Made by a program: the position numbers and the translations under genes. DNA of 64,000 nucleotides from the NCBI GenBank assembly GCA_016840465.1, contig JAEOSH010000004.1, forward strand, positions 19,904 to 83,903, in the 5' to 3' direction. Below the pieces are notes generated by a model. That model saw only the letters and a list, made by a program, of their open reading frames with translations, was not told where the DNA came from and searched no databases. Origin of the DNA: Candidatus Baldrarchaeum yapensis. Lineage in GTDB: Archaea > Asgardarchaeota > Baldrarchaeia > Baldrarchaeales > Baldrarchaeaceae. Positions 29,906 to 38,959 of this stretch are shown in pieces. Positions within the stretch are counted from its first letter, which is position 1; every line of letters starts with the position of its first letter.

Positions 29906-30456
29906 GACTCATCCTCCTCTGCTACAATCTTCTCATACAGATGAACGAGCATGCCAGGTATCTGCTCATACTCTTTTATCTTTTTAAAGCCGTACCTCGT
30001 CACCAGGCGGACGCTTGCCTCTTGGTGGGGAAGAATGTTCACATGAACCCTTCTGCATCCCATTTCCTTGGCGAATGTGATTATGTGGGCATAGAGGGTC
30101 CGGGATAGGCCTCTCCTCCTAAAGTCTGGGTGCACCGATAAATGCTCCCCTAAACAGATATCGTCATAGATCTTTGCCTTGTAGAGGGCCACCACCCTCC
30201 CCTCTTCCCTAATTCCGAAGTAGAAGTAGCCACTTCGCATTTCCTCCCTCACCTCATCAGCGCTGAGCGCTCGCCTTTTTCGCCATTCATCGGGATAATC
30301 TTCGGCGTAAGGCCATACGGACTTAAGAAGGTCCTCTATCTCCTCGGCATCCTCTTCTTCTAAGAGTTCCACGACTCTATCTCCGATTTTCCATGTTTTT
30401 CTCATCAAAATACCCCCTATGGGCTGTCTAAATGCCATTCCGGGTGGGTGGTCCAC
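29902..30456 (-). CDS. GNAT family N-acetyltransferase
   Basis: 'RRRGLSRTLYAHIITFAKEMG' acetyl-CoA-binding motif A. Confidence 0.7.
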   Translation of the reverse strand: MDHPPGMAFRQPIGGILMRKTWKIGDRVVELLEEEDAEEIEDLLKSVWPYAEDYPDEWRKRRALSADEVREEMRSGYFYFGIREEGRVVALYKAKIYDDICLGEHLSVHPDFRRRGLSRTLYAHIITFAKEMGCRRVHVNILPHQEASVRLVTRYGFKKIKEYEQIPGMLVHLYEKIVAEEDES

Positions 30457-30544
30457 ACATCTTATTACGAAACAATTTATAGGTGTTACCTAATTTCTGA
30501 GAACGTGAGATGAGGCCGGGTTACAGGTGCTATATGTAGCGCAT

Positions 30545-31954
30545 TTAATACTTGCGTACTTCGATACCCGCCTTTCTGCATACTCTTACTACGTCTTCGG
30601 CATCGACCGGTTGCGTGAGAGATCGTTTGAACCGCTTTAATAGTTTTCTCAACTCGCTCGGGTACCTTATGAAAAAGCCGGGATCGAGGGGATAAAATTT
30701 TCTGTTATTGCCCACTAGGTGCACGTCGCTGACGTCTGAGAGGAGCGATAACCACATATCGAGAGGGACAAGATCGGGAGTTGTATCCATCGTGGGAAAC
30801 AGTGTCAAGAATATTTTAGAGACTAAATTTTTGATTCCCGGGTCAAGTCTTCTCAGGAACTCCTTAAGAAACGAAAAACAATTGTCAGAAACGTATGGAA
30901 TCCACAGTGGAGCGGTACACGTCTTCAAATTAAAAGTTGGATTCGTGGCTGTAAAGCTATCAATGTATATCGTGATTGGATTGCTATTTGTGCAGTAACT
31001 GCTCAGAAACGTATAGAAAACAAGGGAAGATAGATCAAAAGGATTCTTTGACCTCAGCACCAGCAAGTCGATTCCCTCCTCTATACAAAAATTCCTCGCT
31101 GATTCTATGAACTGCGGTGGTGACCCCCATTCGCTCTCTCTTCCGACTTCCTGTTGCATATCGGTGATGGACCAGCCGCTTTTATGCCTAGATTTTAATC
31201 CTTCAAGCCAGCGATCCAGTCTATCCGACCCGTATATGTATTCGTCCGGGCCTATTCCGCCAAATCCTCCGATCTGCACAAATATGCGGTCATCAGTTTG
31301 ATATCTGTACCACTGGAAAGTGCACTCCACAAGTATCACGGTTCCCTCCCGGTGAAGATGCCGCTTGATGAAATCTATGTATTGAATCGGTAATTGAAGT
31401 AGCTTCACGCGCACGGTATCGAGAAATCTCAGCATTGATCTGTCATGCACCGGGTCGTAGTGAATGACAACTTCCGCATTCGTTAACGTCCTACAAAGGT
31501 TAAGAGCCACCGAGGACGCGCTTTTTAGTACAGAGGGGAAATCTTCGGGCTTCCTTTTCTTGGCCTTCACCCTGAGAAGAAAACTGTGAGATAAAAAGGG
31601 AGCATGCAGCATTGCCGCGAGATGGGAGACAGCACCGGAGGGGGCTCCCATTACCACGTATTTAAATTTCTTTTCACGGGGAATGTTGTAAATCGAAGTT
31701 GCAAAAAGCGCGAAATCCTCCTCCGTCAGGAATCTAAGTGCGCTTCTGGGAACACTCATACGTTTAAGGTAATGGTCTACTGCTACACGTAGCAGTTTTC
31801 TGCTACGTGAAACTAATGGCAATAATAAGCGTTCCGGCAATGATACCTCTATGGGGTTTAAAATTTCCCCGCGTAGCGCTGCAGCACAGGCTCTCATTGC
31901 CATTGACGAAGAATCTGTTATTGAAATCTTCATGATCTCCGCCCGGTCTTTCAT
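30545..31954 (-). CDS. hypothetical protein (469 aa), start/stop overlaps nucleoside phosphorylase gene
   Basis: Long uninterrupted ORF; no motif recognised. Confidence 0.4.
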   Translation of the reverse strand: MKDRAEIMKISITDSSSMAMRACAAALRGEILNPIEVSLPERLLLPLVSRSRKLLRVAVDHYLKRMSVPRSALRFLTEEDFALFATSIYNIPREKKFKYVVMGAPSGAVSHLAAMLHAPFLSHSFLLRVKAKKRKPEDFPSVLKSASSVALNLCRTLTNAEVVIHYDPVHDRSMLRFLDTVRVKLLQLPIQYIDFIKRHLHREGTVILVECTFQWYRYQTDDRIFVQIGGFGGIGPDEYIYGSDRLDRWLEGLKSRHKSGWSITDMQQEVGRESEWGSPPQFIESARNFCIEEGIDLLVLRSKNPFDLSSLVFYTFLSSYCTNSNPITIYIDSFTATNPTFNLKTCTAPLWIPYVSDNCFSFLKEFLRRLDPGIKNLVSKIFLTLFPTMDTTPDLVPLDMWLSLLSDVSDVHLVGNNRKFYPLDPGFFIRYPSELRKLLKRFKRSLTQPVDAEDVVRVCRKAGIEVRKY

Positions 31955-32724
31955 CTCGTTATTTTATCCAGCAATATCCCTGCGGTTCTTATGGTGATGT
32001 CGACTCCGACGTCTATCGATCGCAGGACAGTTTCATCCACGAAGAAGGGGGTCCATTTGTCTCCTGCAATGGAATCGCTTATATAGAGCAGGACTCCCGC
32101 CTCGACGCCTCTGAACTTTGAGACCGCGTATAAGGCCGCCGCCTCCATTTCACATGCGAGGACGCCCCACGATTTATACCTCTCAAGTACGTCTCTTCTC
32201 TCTCTGAATATTGCATCCGTGGTCCACACGGTTCCTTCCCGATAATCCGCATTGGAAACTCGGCAGGCTTCCTTGAGAGCCTCTATTACCATTGCGCTTG
32301 CGTCAACGAATCTAGAGGGAGGCAGATAGTGATACGAGGTTCCCTCATCTCTTATGGCCCTCGTTGCAATCACGAGGTCTCCGGGCTTCAGATCTTCTTG
32401 TATTGCGCCCGCACCTCCGAACACTATAAAATACCTTGCCCCCGCGGCTATTAGTAGCTCTAGGTTGTGAACTGCGGCAGGTGCGCCCCAATCGAATTTC
32501 CTTATACTGATGATTTCCCCCTTCATGCTGAAGGTATAGAGCCTGTTGTCTATCCAGTTTTCCTCCCTGACGGCCCCGGTCTTCTCCACAAGTTTTTTAA
32601 GGATTCTGCTCTCAAAGCACCCTATACATACTCTCCCCACCCTCACTGCCGGCAATTTTCTCAGTTTTTTCCCATACTCGAGCATATCACTCGGCTCGAT
32701 AGCGACCTCCTTTTTCCCCTCCAT
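31951..32724 (-). CDS. nucleoside phosphorylase family protein (PNP/UDP-1 fold; MTA/5'-dA/uridine phosphorylase-like)
   Basis: 'GVLACEMEAAALYAVSKFRGVEAGVLLYISDS' matches the phosphorylase/nucleosidase family-1 C-terminal signature. Confidence 0.6.
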   Translation of the reverse strand: MEGKKEVAIEPSDMLEYGKKLRKLPAVRVGRVCIGCFESRILKKLVEKTGAVREENWIDNRLYTFSMKGEIISIRKFDWGAPAAVHNLELLIAAGARYFIVFGGAGAIQEDLKPGDLVIATRAIRDEGTSYHYLPPSRFVDASAMVIEALKEACRVSNADYREGTVWTTDAIFRERRDVLERYKSWGVLACEMEAAALYAVSKFRGVEAGVLLYISDSIAGDKWTPFFVDETVLRSIDVGVDITIRTAGILLDKITR

Positions 32725-32751
32725 GAATTCAACCTCGGCGGGTGCGCACTA

Positions 32752-33399
32752 TCACTTCAGCCTCATAGATGCTATTGCGACAAGTTCGGAAAGCAGCAAC
32801 CAGATAATCATTACTAATGTCACAAACTTCCATAGGCTGATTCCAGTATACGGTATCTCTGTTACATTAAAGTACTCAAGCATGATCGGAACGACAAGTA
32901 GAATTGAAACCGGAGATAGGGCGTATGCCGCCGCAACAAACCCCTTACCTGCAGGTTTGCCAGAACTTCTCGCAACAGCCGAGCATATGATTCCGAAGAC
33001 CAGCCACACCACCGAACAGACGGTAAATCCCCCTAAAAACGGTATTAGTACGTTTTTTGAGACAATTTCCCAGATTTTATACCGAATATAAGGACGCCAA
33101 TACCCCATCGTGCACATGTAGTAGAAGTGATATCCCATAATGGTGCACATTGCAAAATACACCAGAACCCCGCGTCCATTCGCGCGTTCGTCTCTTAGAA
33201 TGTCCCTATAGGCGCTAGGTCTAAGGACAAGTGACCTTAAGAAGGTCTTCACACAAGCACCCCCTTGATTAGTACACCAGCATCGAACTATAAAAACATC
33301 ATGCAAGGCGCCCTCTCCACGACCAGAATTTGCATACACTTTTGGGACCCGTGTTGGCTTTTGATGCACCAATTCTGGAGAAAGGGGTGATGCTAGCAT
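32752..33399 (-). CDS. membrane protein (5 TM; Yip1-like)
   Basis: ORF plus hydrophobicity pattern. Confidence 0.35.
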   Translation of the reverse strand: MLASPLSPELVHQKPTRVPKVYANSGRGEGALHDVFIVRCWCTNQGGACVKTFLRSLVLRPSAYRDILRDERANGRGVLVYFAMCTIMGYHFYYMCTMGYWRPYIRYKIWEIVSKNVLIPFLGGFTVCSVVWLVFGIICSAVARSSGKPAGKGFVAAAYALSPVSILLVVPIMLEYFNVTEIPYTGISLWKFVTLVMIIWLLLSELVAIASMRLK

Positions 33400-33509
33400 T
33401 TCTTTCAGTTTGCTGGTAGAAAGTGAGCCGCGTGACCTCTTGAGGAAAAGTATTTAAAAGCGGACGGAATTTAAAAGTGTAAACCGAATTTTACAATTAT
33501 GCAAGGATA

Positions 33510-34379
33510 GTGCTGGGTTTGTGCTCACGAGTGATTGCTTGCATTCCGGCATATAATGAGGAAGAAAGAATAGGAAAGATTGTAAATGAGGTACTGAAAC
33601 ATGTCAACGAGGTTCTGGTGATAGACTGTGGTAGTCTCGATAACACAAGAGGCGAGGCAGAAGCGGCTGGTGCAACTGTAATAGAAGCAGTTGGTGATGG
33701 AACTTACGGTAACGCATTGATCGTCGGGTTCAAAGAAGCCCTGAGGAGGGGTGCAGACATTGTTGTGAGCATAGACACCGATGTCAGGTACAACCTGGAG
33801 GCGCTTCCCGCACTCCTGAAACCGATAGTTGAGAACAAAGCCGACGTGGTAATAGGATCACGATATCTCCCGGAAGGGCGAATCAGAGGACTTAGCAGAA
33901 AGTTTCTGACGTGGCTACTACGGAGGCATCGAAACCTGAAAAATGTGACAGACGGGCAGTCAGGATTCAGAGCATACCGCAGGGAGGTTCTCGAAAAGGT
34001 GAAACCGAAGGGGGATGATCCTAGTCTTGCAATCGAGATTCTCGTAAGGGCGGCATCCCACGGATTTAGAATAATGGAGGTTCCGGCAGGTAGCATGGAA
34101 AGGAGGCATGGGGTTGAGAGGTTAAGGTTTCTACACCTGTTAGCATTACTGATCTCCGTTTTTGCAATACTCGCGCATGAGGACCCCGTGAGGTTTTTAA
34201 CGTTCCCCGGAATCATTTCTATTATAAGTGGACTTTTTCTTTTAATGTTCACGGTTTATGTCTCCGTTCTTCCATGGATTGCGCTTCTGGCATCGTTCTT
34301 TTCTCTCTTCCTCGTAATATTTGGAGTGGCGGCGAGCGTTATTAGCCTATCCATTTATCTGTTCAGGAGGGAAGGCTAA
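33510..34379 (+). CDS. family 2 glycosyltransferase (dolichyl-phosphate sugar synthase-like) with C-terminal TM anchor
   Basis: 'IPAYNEEERIG', 'VIDCGSLDNT', 'DTD' and 'QSGFRAYRREVL' GT2 motifs. Confidence 0.7.
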   Translation: MLGLCSRVIACIPAYNEEERIGKIVNEVLKHVNEVLVIDCGSLDNTRGEAEAAGATVIEAVGDGTYGNALIVGFKEALRRGADIVVSIDTDVRYNLEALPALLKPIVENKADVVIGSRYLPEGRIRGLSRKFLTWLLRRHRNLKNVTDGQSGFRAYRREVLEKVKPKGDDPSLAIEILVRAASHGFRIMEVPAGSMERRHGVERLRFLHLLALLISVFAILAHEDPVRFLTFPGIISIISGLFLLMFTVYVSVLPWIALLASFFSLFLVIFGVAASVISLSIYLFRREG

Positions 34380-34591
34380 TGTCACGGCGAGAGAAAGAAA
34401 AAATAGTCCAGCACCGACATTGTAAGGTATGTGGTAAGGCAATTCCACTTGATAGGGAGTTCTGCTCAAGGCAGTGCGAAATTAGCTACCGGGAGTGGGA
34501 GCGGAGGAACCGCCGCCTTACAACGATTATGTATCTAGTGCTGTTGATAATATTCATAGTTCTCATGATGTTCATGGCTGTGGGCATATAA
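34379..34591 (+). CDS. small Zn-ribbon + TM protein, translationally coupled to GT2
   Basis: 'CKVCGKAI...CSRQCE' then a hydrophobic tail; TAATG overlap with the upstream stop. Confidence 0.35.
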   Translation: MSRREKEKIVQHRHCKVCGKAIPLDREFCSRQCEISYREWERRNRRLTTIMYLVLLIIFIVLMMFMAVGI

Positions 34592-34609
34592 TCTCCAGAA
34601 ATCAAGAAA

Positions 34610-35560
34610 TCATATCGAACGGTACTCTTGGAGGAATATGTACCCGTCCGGGGAGTTCAGAATGAAGTCTAGGGTTTCCAGCATGTATCCCTTGTCTTCC
34701 GGAAGATACCCATCTATTGCTCCAGGCTTTATGTAATGGGTTCCGTGCACGTACAGCCGCGCCCTGATGTTCAGGTTCTTTATCAGCTCCCTTACCTCCA
34801 TGACTATTTCTCTCCATGACGCCATTTTGAACTCTCCGCTTATAATATCCTGATAGAGAGGGGCATCCGGATGCGGAAAGAGGGCGTGGAGACGCACCTC
34901 GTCCGGTTTCATCTCGTTCAGCGCCTTTGCGGTCAGTTCGGCGTTTCTCTTCCAAGAACCCGCTCCGCCGAGGCCTTGGATTATCGTTACCGATAGTTCC
35001 ATTCCCGCATCCTTCACCATCTTCGCGGCCTTTATCATGTCGGCGACGGTTGCGCCTTTGTGCATTTTCTTGAGCAGTTCGTCATCGCCGGTTTCTAGTC
35101 CCATGTAGATTTTCTTAAGCCCCGCATCGCATAATGCCTTGAGTTCGTCCTCCCCCTTCTTTATTATATACTTTGCCGCGCCATAGCAACTGACCCTAGT
35201 AAGATGGGGGAATGTCTTGAAGCACTCCTCCACAATTCTCAGCAGATCCTCGGTTTTCAGAATTATGGGGTTTCCATCCGCGAGGAACACCCTAGTCGGC
35301 CGGTCGCCGTAGTACCTCTTAGCGATCTTAATGTCTTCCAGCACTTCCTTCACTCTTATTCGAAACTTCTGTCTCTTATAAGTTCCACAAAACCTGCACC
35401 TGTTCCATGGGCACCCAACGGTCGGTTGCAAAATGAGGCTGGTTGCCTCAACCGGGGGTCTGAATATTATCGGTTGAGTTGCCACAACCATTCCAATCCG
35501 TGGATCATAAATGTAGCGCCCCGCTTCCACCGCGTAGCCGTCCCGGAACACCGGGACCAC
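34610..35560 (-). CDS. radical SAM protein with C-x4-C-x2-C cluster motif
   Basis: 'VGCPWNRCRFCGTY' and TIM-barrel periodicity. Confidence 0.55.
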   Translation of the reverse strand: MVPVFRDGYAVEAGRYIYDPRIGMVVATQPIIFRPPVEATSLILQPTVGCPWNRCRFCGTYKRQKFRIRVKEVLEDIKIAKRYYGDRPTRVFLADGNPIILKTEDLLRIVEECFKTFPHLTRVSCYGAAKYIIKKGEDELKALCDAGLKKIYMGLETGDDELLKKMHKGATVADMIKAAKMVKDAGMELSVTIIQGLGGAGSWKRNAELTAKALNEMKPDEVRLHALFPHPDAPLYQDIISGEFKMASWREIVMEVRELIKNLNIRARLYVHGTHYIKPGAIDGYLPEDKGYMLETLDFILNSPDGYIFLQEYRSI

Positions 35561-35666
35561 CGGCTTTTGATTTTTTTAAAGGCGCTATGGTGCTCGGCCG
35601 GTTGATCCTCGATCATCGGCCGACATTGGCCTCAGAGGGTGGCTTGTCCTCATCGCAAGGTTTTAT

Positions 35667-36635
35667 ATGTCCGTAAGCATTTTTAAAAACATCATTTGTT
35701 GGCATGCCCCCGTGGCGGGGGCGTTGAGAGTGAAAGTACATAGAGTCCTATTGAGGGCGGACTTGCCCTTCCTTGTAGATGTGAATGTGTACCTGGTGGG
35801 GGCGGGACGTGAGTGGGTACTTGTAGATAGCGGTTACGGCAGGGAGGGGATGGTCGACATAGTCGAGAAAGAAGTGCAGAGAATTGCCGGTTCTGTTGCC
35901 AATTTGAAGGGGATTCTGGTCACACATGCTCACATCGATCACTTTGGTGGCGCAACGGTACTTAAGAGAAAGGGATGCGTGAGGGTGATGATGCACAAAG
36001 TGGGAGCTCCGATGCTCGAGGACTTCAGGAGACTTGCGGAGAAGTACTTTGGAATGCGCGAAGAGGAAGAACGGAAATATGTGAACGTTTTTCTTAAGGA
36101 AATATGTGGAGCCTCCGAAACACGAGTCGATGAAACATTGGAGGATGGAAGCGAGGTCGAAGTTGCGGGAAGCGTGCTCAGGGCGGTGCACACACCCGGA
36201 CATTCTCCATGTCACGTTTGCTTCTACGACCCGGACAATAGAGTTCTGTTCTCAGGCGACCTGATAATAAGCGAGAGGAGCACGTGGATAGGGTACCCCT
36301 CCGGGGACGTGGGGCTCTATCTGGACAGCGTCAGAAGGTTGTCAAAATTGAAGATCGACGTAATATACCCAGCACATGGGGGAGTCATCGACAACCCTGC
36401 GGAGAAAATAAAGGAGGTGATAAGGCATAAGGAGGAAAGACTTTCGGAGGTCTACTCGCTACTTAAAGAAAAGCCTCGAACGATTGCTGAAATCGCAAAG
36501 ATAATTTATGCAAATGTTCCTTGGCCCCGAGGAAGGTGGCTCGAAAGGGCCATTAAGGCGTACATTGTCGAGTTAGAGAAGCGGAGAAGGGTAAGAAGGG
36601 TAAAAGAGCAACCCGAAGTTTATGAAGCAATTTAA
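35667..36635 (+). CDS. metallo-beta-lactamase-fold hydrolase with C-terminal wH-like tail
   Basis: 'THAHIDHFGG' (HxHxDH). Confidence 0.7.
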   Translation: MSVSIFKNIICWHAPVAGALRVKVHRVLLRADLPFLVDVNVYLVGAGREWVLVDSGYGREGMVDIVEKEVQRIAGSVANLKGILVTHAHIDHFGGATVLKRKGCVRVMMHKVGAPMLEDFRRLAEKYFGMREEEERKYVNVFLKEICGASETRVDETLEDGSEVEVAGSVLRAVHTPGHSPCHVCFYDPDNRVLFSGDLIISERSTWIGYPSGDVGLYLDSVRRLSKLKIDVIYPAHGGVIDNPAEKIKEVIRHKEERLSEVYSLLKEKPRTIAEIAKIIYANVPWPRGRWLERAIKAYIVELEKRRRVRRVKEQPEVYEAI

Positions 36636-36804
36636 AAATCTTGATTTGAAAAATCCTGCCAACACCTTCGTAATTCACTTAAAATCTAAAGATGGATCCA
36701 ATTTTACGCATCGAGATAGGGTCTGCATACTTCTTGAGTAATAAGTCCGCCCGAAGAGAGGAAACTATCGTGAGAAAGGATTAATTGGAGGTTCGCATAA
36801 TAGT

Positions 36805-37053
36805 TTATGTGTGCCCCGGTGGCTTAGTGGCTAGAGCGCCCGCTTGGTAAGCGGGAGATCCCGGGTTCAAATCCCGGCCGGGGCTCCAAAATTCGTTCTC
36901 GTCCGACAATATTTTCCGCAGCGTCTCCTCGAGCGTGCGCTCCAGCAGCCGCGAGACGTTAAGCCCGAAGTACCGTGCGCGTTCTACCAAATCCGAGCGG
37001 ACATAGACTGATACCCACTTCTTTCTCATATAATTCTGTGCATGCATATGCAT
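36805..37053 (-). CDS. RHH (CopG/Arc-like) small protein whose C-terminal 27 codons run antisense through tRNA-Thr
   Basis: 'KKWVSVYVRSDLVERARYFGLNVSRLLERTLEETL' gives the beta-strand, helix, G-x-S turn and helix of an RHH. No stop occurs until 36805, inside the tRNA. Confidence 0.35.
   Translation of the reverse strand: MHMHAQNYMRKKWVSVYVRSDLVERARYFGLNVSRLLERTLEETLRKILSDENEFWSPGRDLNPGSPAYQAGALATKPPGHT
36813..36888 (+). tRNA. tRNA-Thr (anticodon GGT), CCA encoded
   Basis: Hand fold. Acceptor stem GCCCCGG/CCGGGGC (7 bp), D-stem GCTT/GAGC, anticodon stem CCCGC/GCGGG with loop TTGGTAA (GGT), T-arm CCGGG-TTCAAAT-CCCGG, discriminator T, then CCA. Confidence 0.9.
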
Positions 37054-37406
37054 ACTTGTGCAGATACCAGTTAAAAATACCGTATGCAGTACGAGACGTG
37101 GTCAAAGTTCCAAGTGTTCAATCGGTGACGAGATTCTATGCATCTTTTACTAAATCTGAGCAAATTTTTAGCGGAAATCACGTCTTCCGCTTATGCATAC
37201 ACAGAACGACATCAAAATACCATTAATTATCATGTATGTGAAGCGGCAACAAGAGTAAATATCGTACGCGGATACTTATATACCGCTCACGTGTCAATCA
37301 GGTAAAATTATCGGTGAAGTTACCAAGAAACTGGCACAGGTTTCGTAACATTTATAACTTACCTTGGTAAGTTACCGAACCGATCAGTAAGCTATAGCTA
37401 TATTGA

Positions 37407-38168
37407 AGTGATACTCATACGCTTAGGCTCTTACCATTCTTCGTAGATAGGGAGGAGGAATTAGCTTTTCTCAAGACGATTATCAGAGCGAGTGGAACTC
37501 TGCTCATAAAGGGGCGCAGAGGTTCCGGGAAGACCGCGGTAGTGGTAAAGTTGCTGGAAGAGTTAGAGAAGGAGGGGATGAAGTGCGTGTTTATAGACTG
37601 TCAGCGACTGTCGAGGGTGATAGACCTGGTAAAAATCGCCATGAAGGAGCTAGAAGAGCGTTTTCTCACTCCCAGAAATGGAGATAGAGAGTCCCTCGAG
37701 AAACTTTTTGCAATTTTAGGGGAGGAAGATGTGCGGGTTGTCGCATTTGACGAATTTGTATTCTTGGTAAAGTGTCTTTCTAGGCGCGAGGACTACGGAA
37801 ATACTGAGTCCATGGTGGCGCGTTTGAGAGCACTCGCATCGACTGCTCCGTTCTCAACAGTCTTCACTTCAAGTTCCCTAAGGGAAGTACGTGCAATGAT
37901 GAGCACGCATAGAAGGGTCATAGCAAGAGGATTTGATGCGATCCTTGGTTTAAAGCCGCTATCCTTTAAGCACTCGGTGGAGTTCATCAAAAAGGCTTCA
38001 GCACTGTACGGCATCGACATACCGGAGGATGATACGCTGAAGATGGCAATATACGGCGATGAAATACCTTTTTACATGCTATCTCTCGTGAGATCATACG
38101 TAATGGCTAAAAGTGCTGACAACGCGCTTAAGGAGGAACTCACGAATAGACCAGTTGAGAGATCTTAA
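37407..38168 (+). pseudogene. archaeal ATPase (PF01637/COG1672-like AAA) lacking a usable start codon and C-terminal domain
   Basis: Frame opens at 37407. Walker A 'LLIKGRRGSGKTAVV' (37500-37541) lies upstream of the first ATG/GTG/TTG (GTG 37542); 'VVAFDEF' is the Walker B. Only about 250 aa versus 350-450 aa typical. Confidence 0.45.
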
Positions 38169-38273
38169 AAAAAGATAAAAATGGGGCCGTTTTTCTAAGT
38201 CTTCCCGAAGCAATGAGGCTATGGTTTTCGGCATCTCTATCGGAACAAATAAGAGGAAACCCGGATACTTAGG

Positions 38274-38814
38274 TTGAGAGGGATTCCAATGTATCGCATT
38301 GAGGTTCAATCTCTTACATTATCTGTCCCGAGAGAGATTATCGAAAAGGCCGAGAGAAAGGGTGTAGATTTAGAGTCATTAATACTAGAGGTGTTGATAG
38401 AAAAGCTCGATCTTAATCCTGATGATGCTTCAAAAATCCATATTAGTCGAGCAAAGAAGTTTCTAGACGAGGGAAAGGAATTAATAAGTAAGGATTCCGT
38501 GCAGGCCAGTGAAAAGTTGTATAAGGCCGCAGAGGAGTGCGTTAAGGGGCTCACTTATTACTTCAATATCGAAGACGTAATAAACGAGGGAAGGAGGAGG
38601 GGGAGATGGACAGTTTCATTGCTCGAAAAAGCGGTGGAGGAAATTTCAGAGAAGCTGGGTACGTGGTTTCGAAGAAGCGTGGGACAGAGCAAATTACCTC
38701 CATGCCTGGGGCTTCCACGAGGCAAAACTCGATGTCATTGCGGTGGAGAGAAGAGCACCTTACGTGGAGAAAATGGTAAATGAAGCCCTAAAGATAATTT
38801 TTGGACCCGCATAA
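38274..38814 (+). pseudogene. RHH + HEPN-like (PaREP1-like) protein, paralog 1, frameshifted near 38660
   Basis: N-terminal RHH ('LTLSVPREIIEKAERKGVDLESLILEVLIEKL'). After 'EKLGTWF' the homologous sequence 'EEAWDRANYLHAWGFHEAKLDV...' continues in the +1 frame, with a 1-nt shift at homopolymer 'tggtttc'. R-x4-H motif 'RANYLH'. Confidence 0.5.
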
Positions 38815-38959
38815 GATAGAGATACCGAATGACATTCGAGAGTAGCGGTATTATTCTCCAAACATTATGTGGCGTTTTTAAGTGCGACATTTAGTCGGAT
38901 ATGAGTACTTCTAATGACTCCAATCCACACATTGAAAAATGTATGTGCTATTGTAAAAC

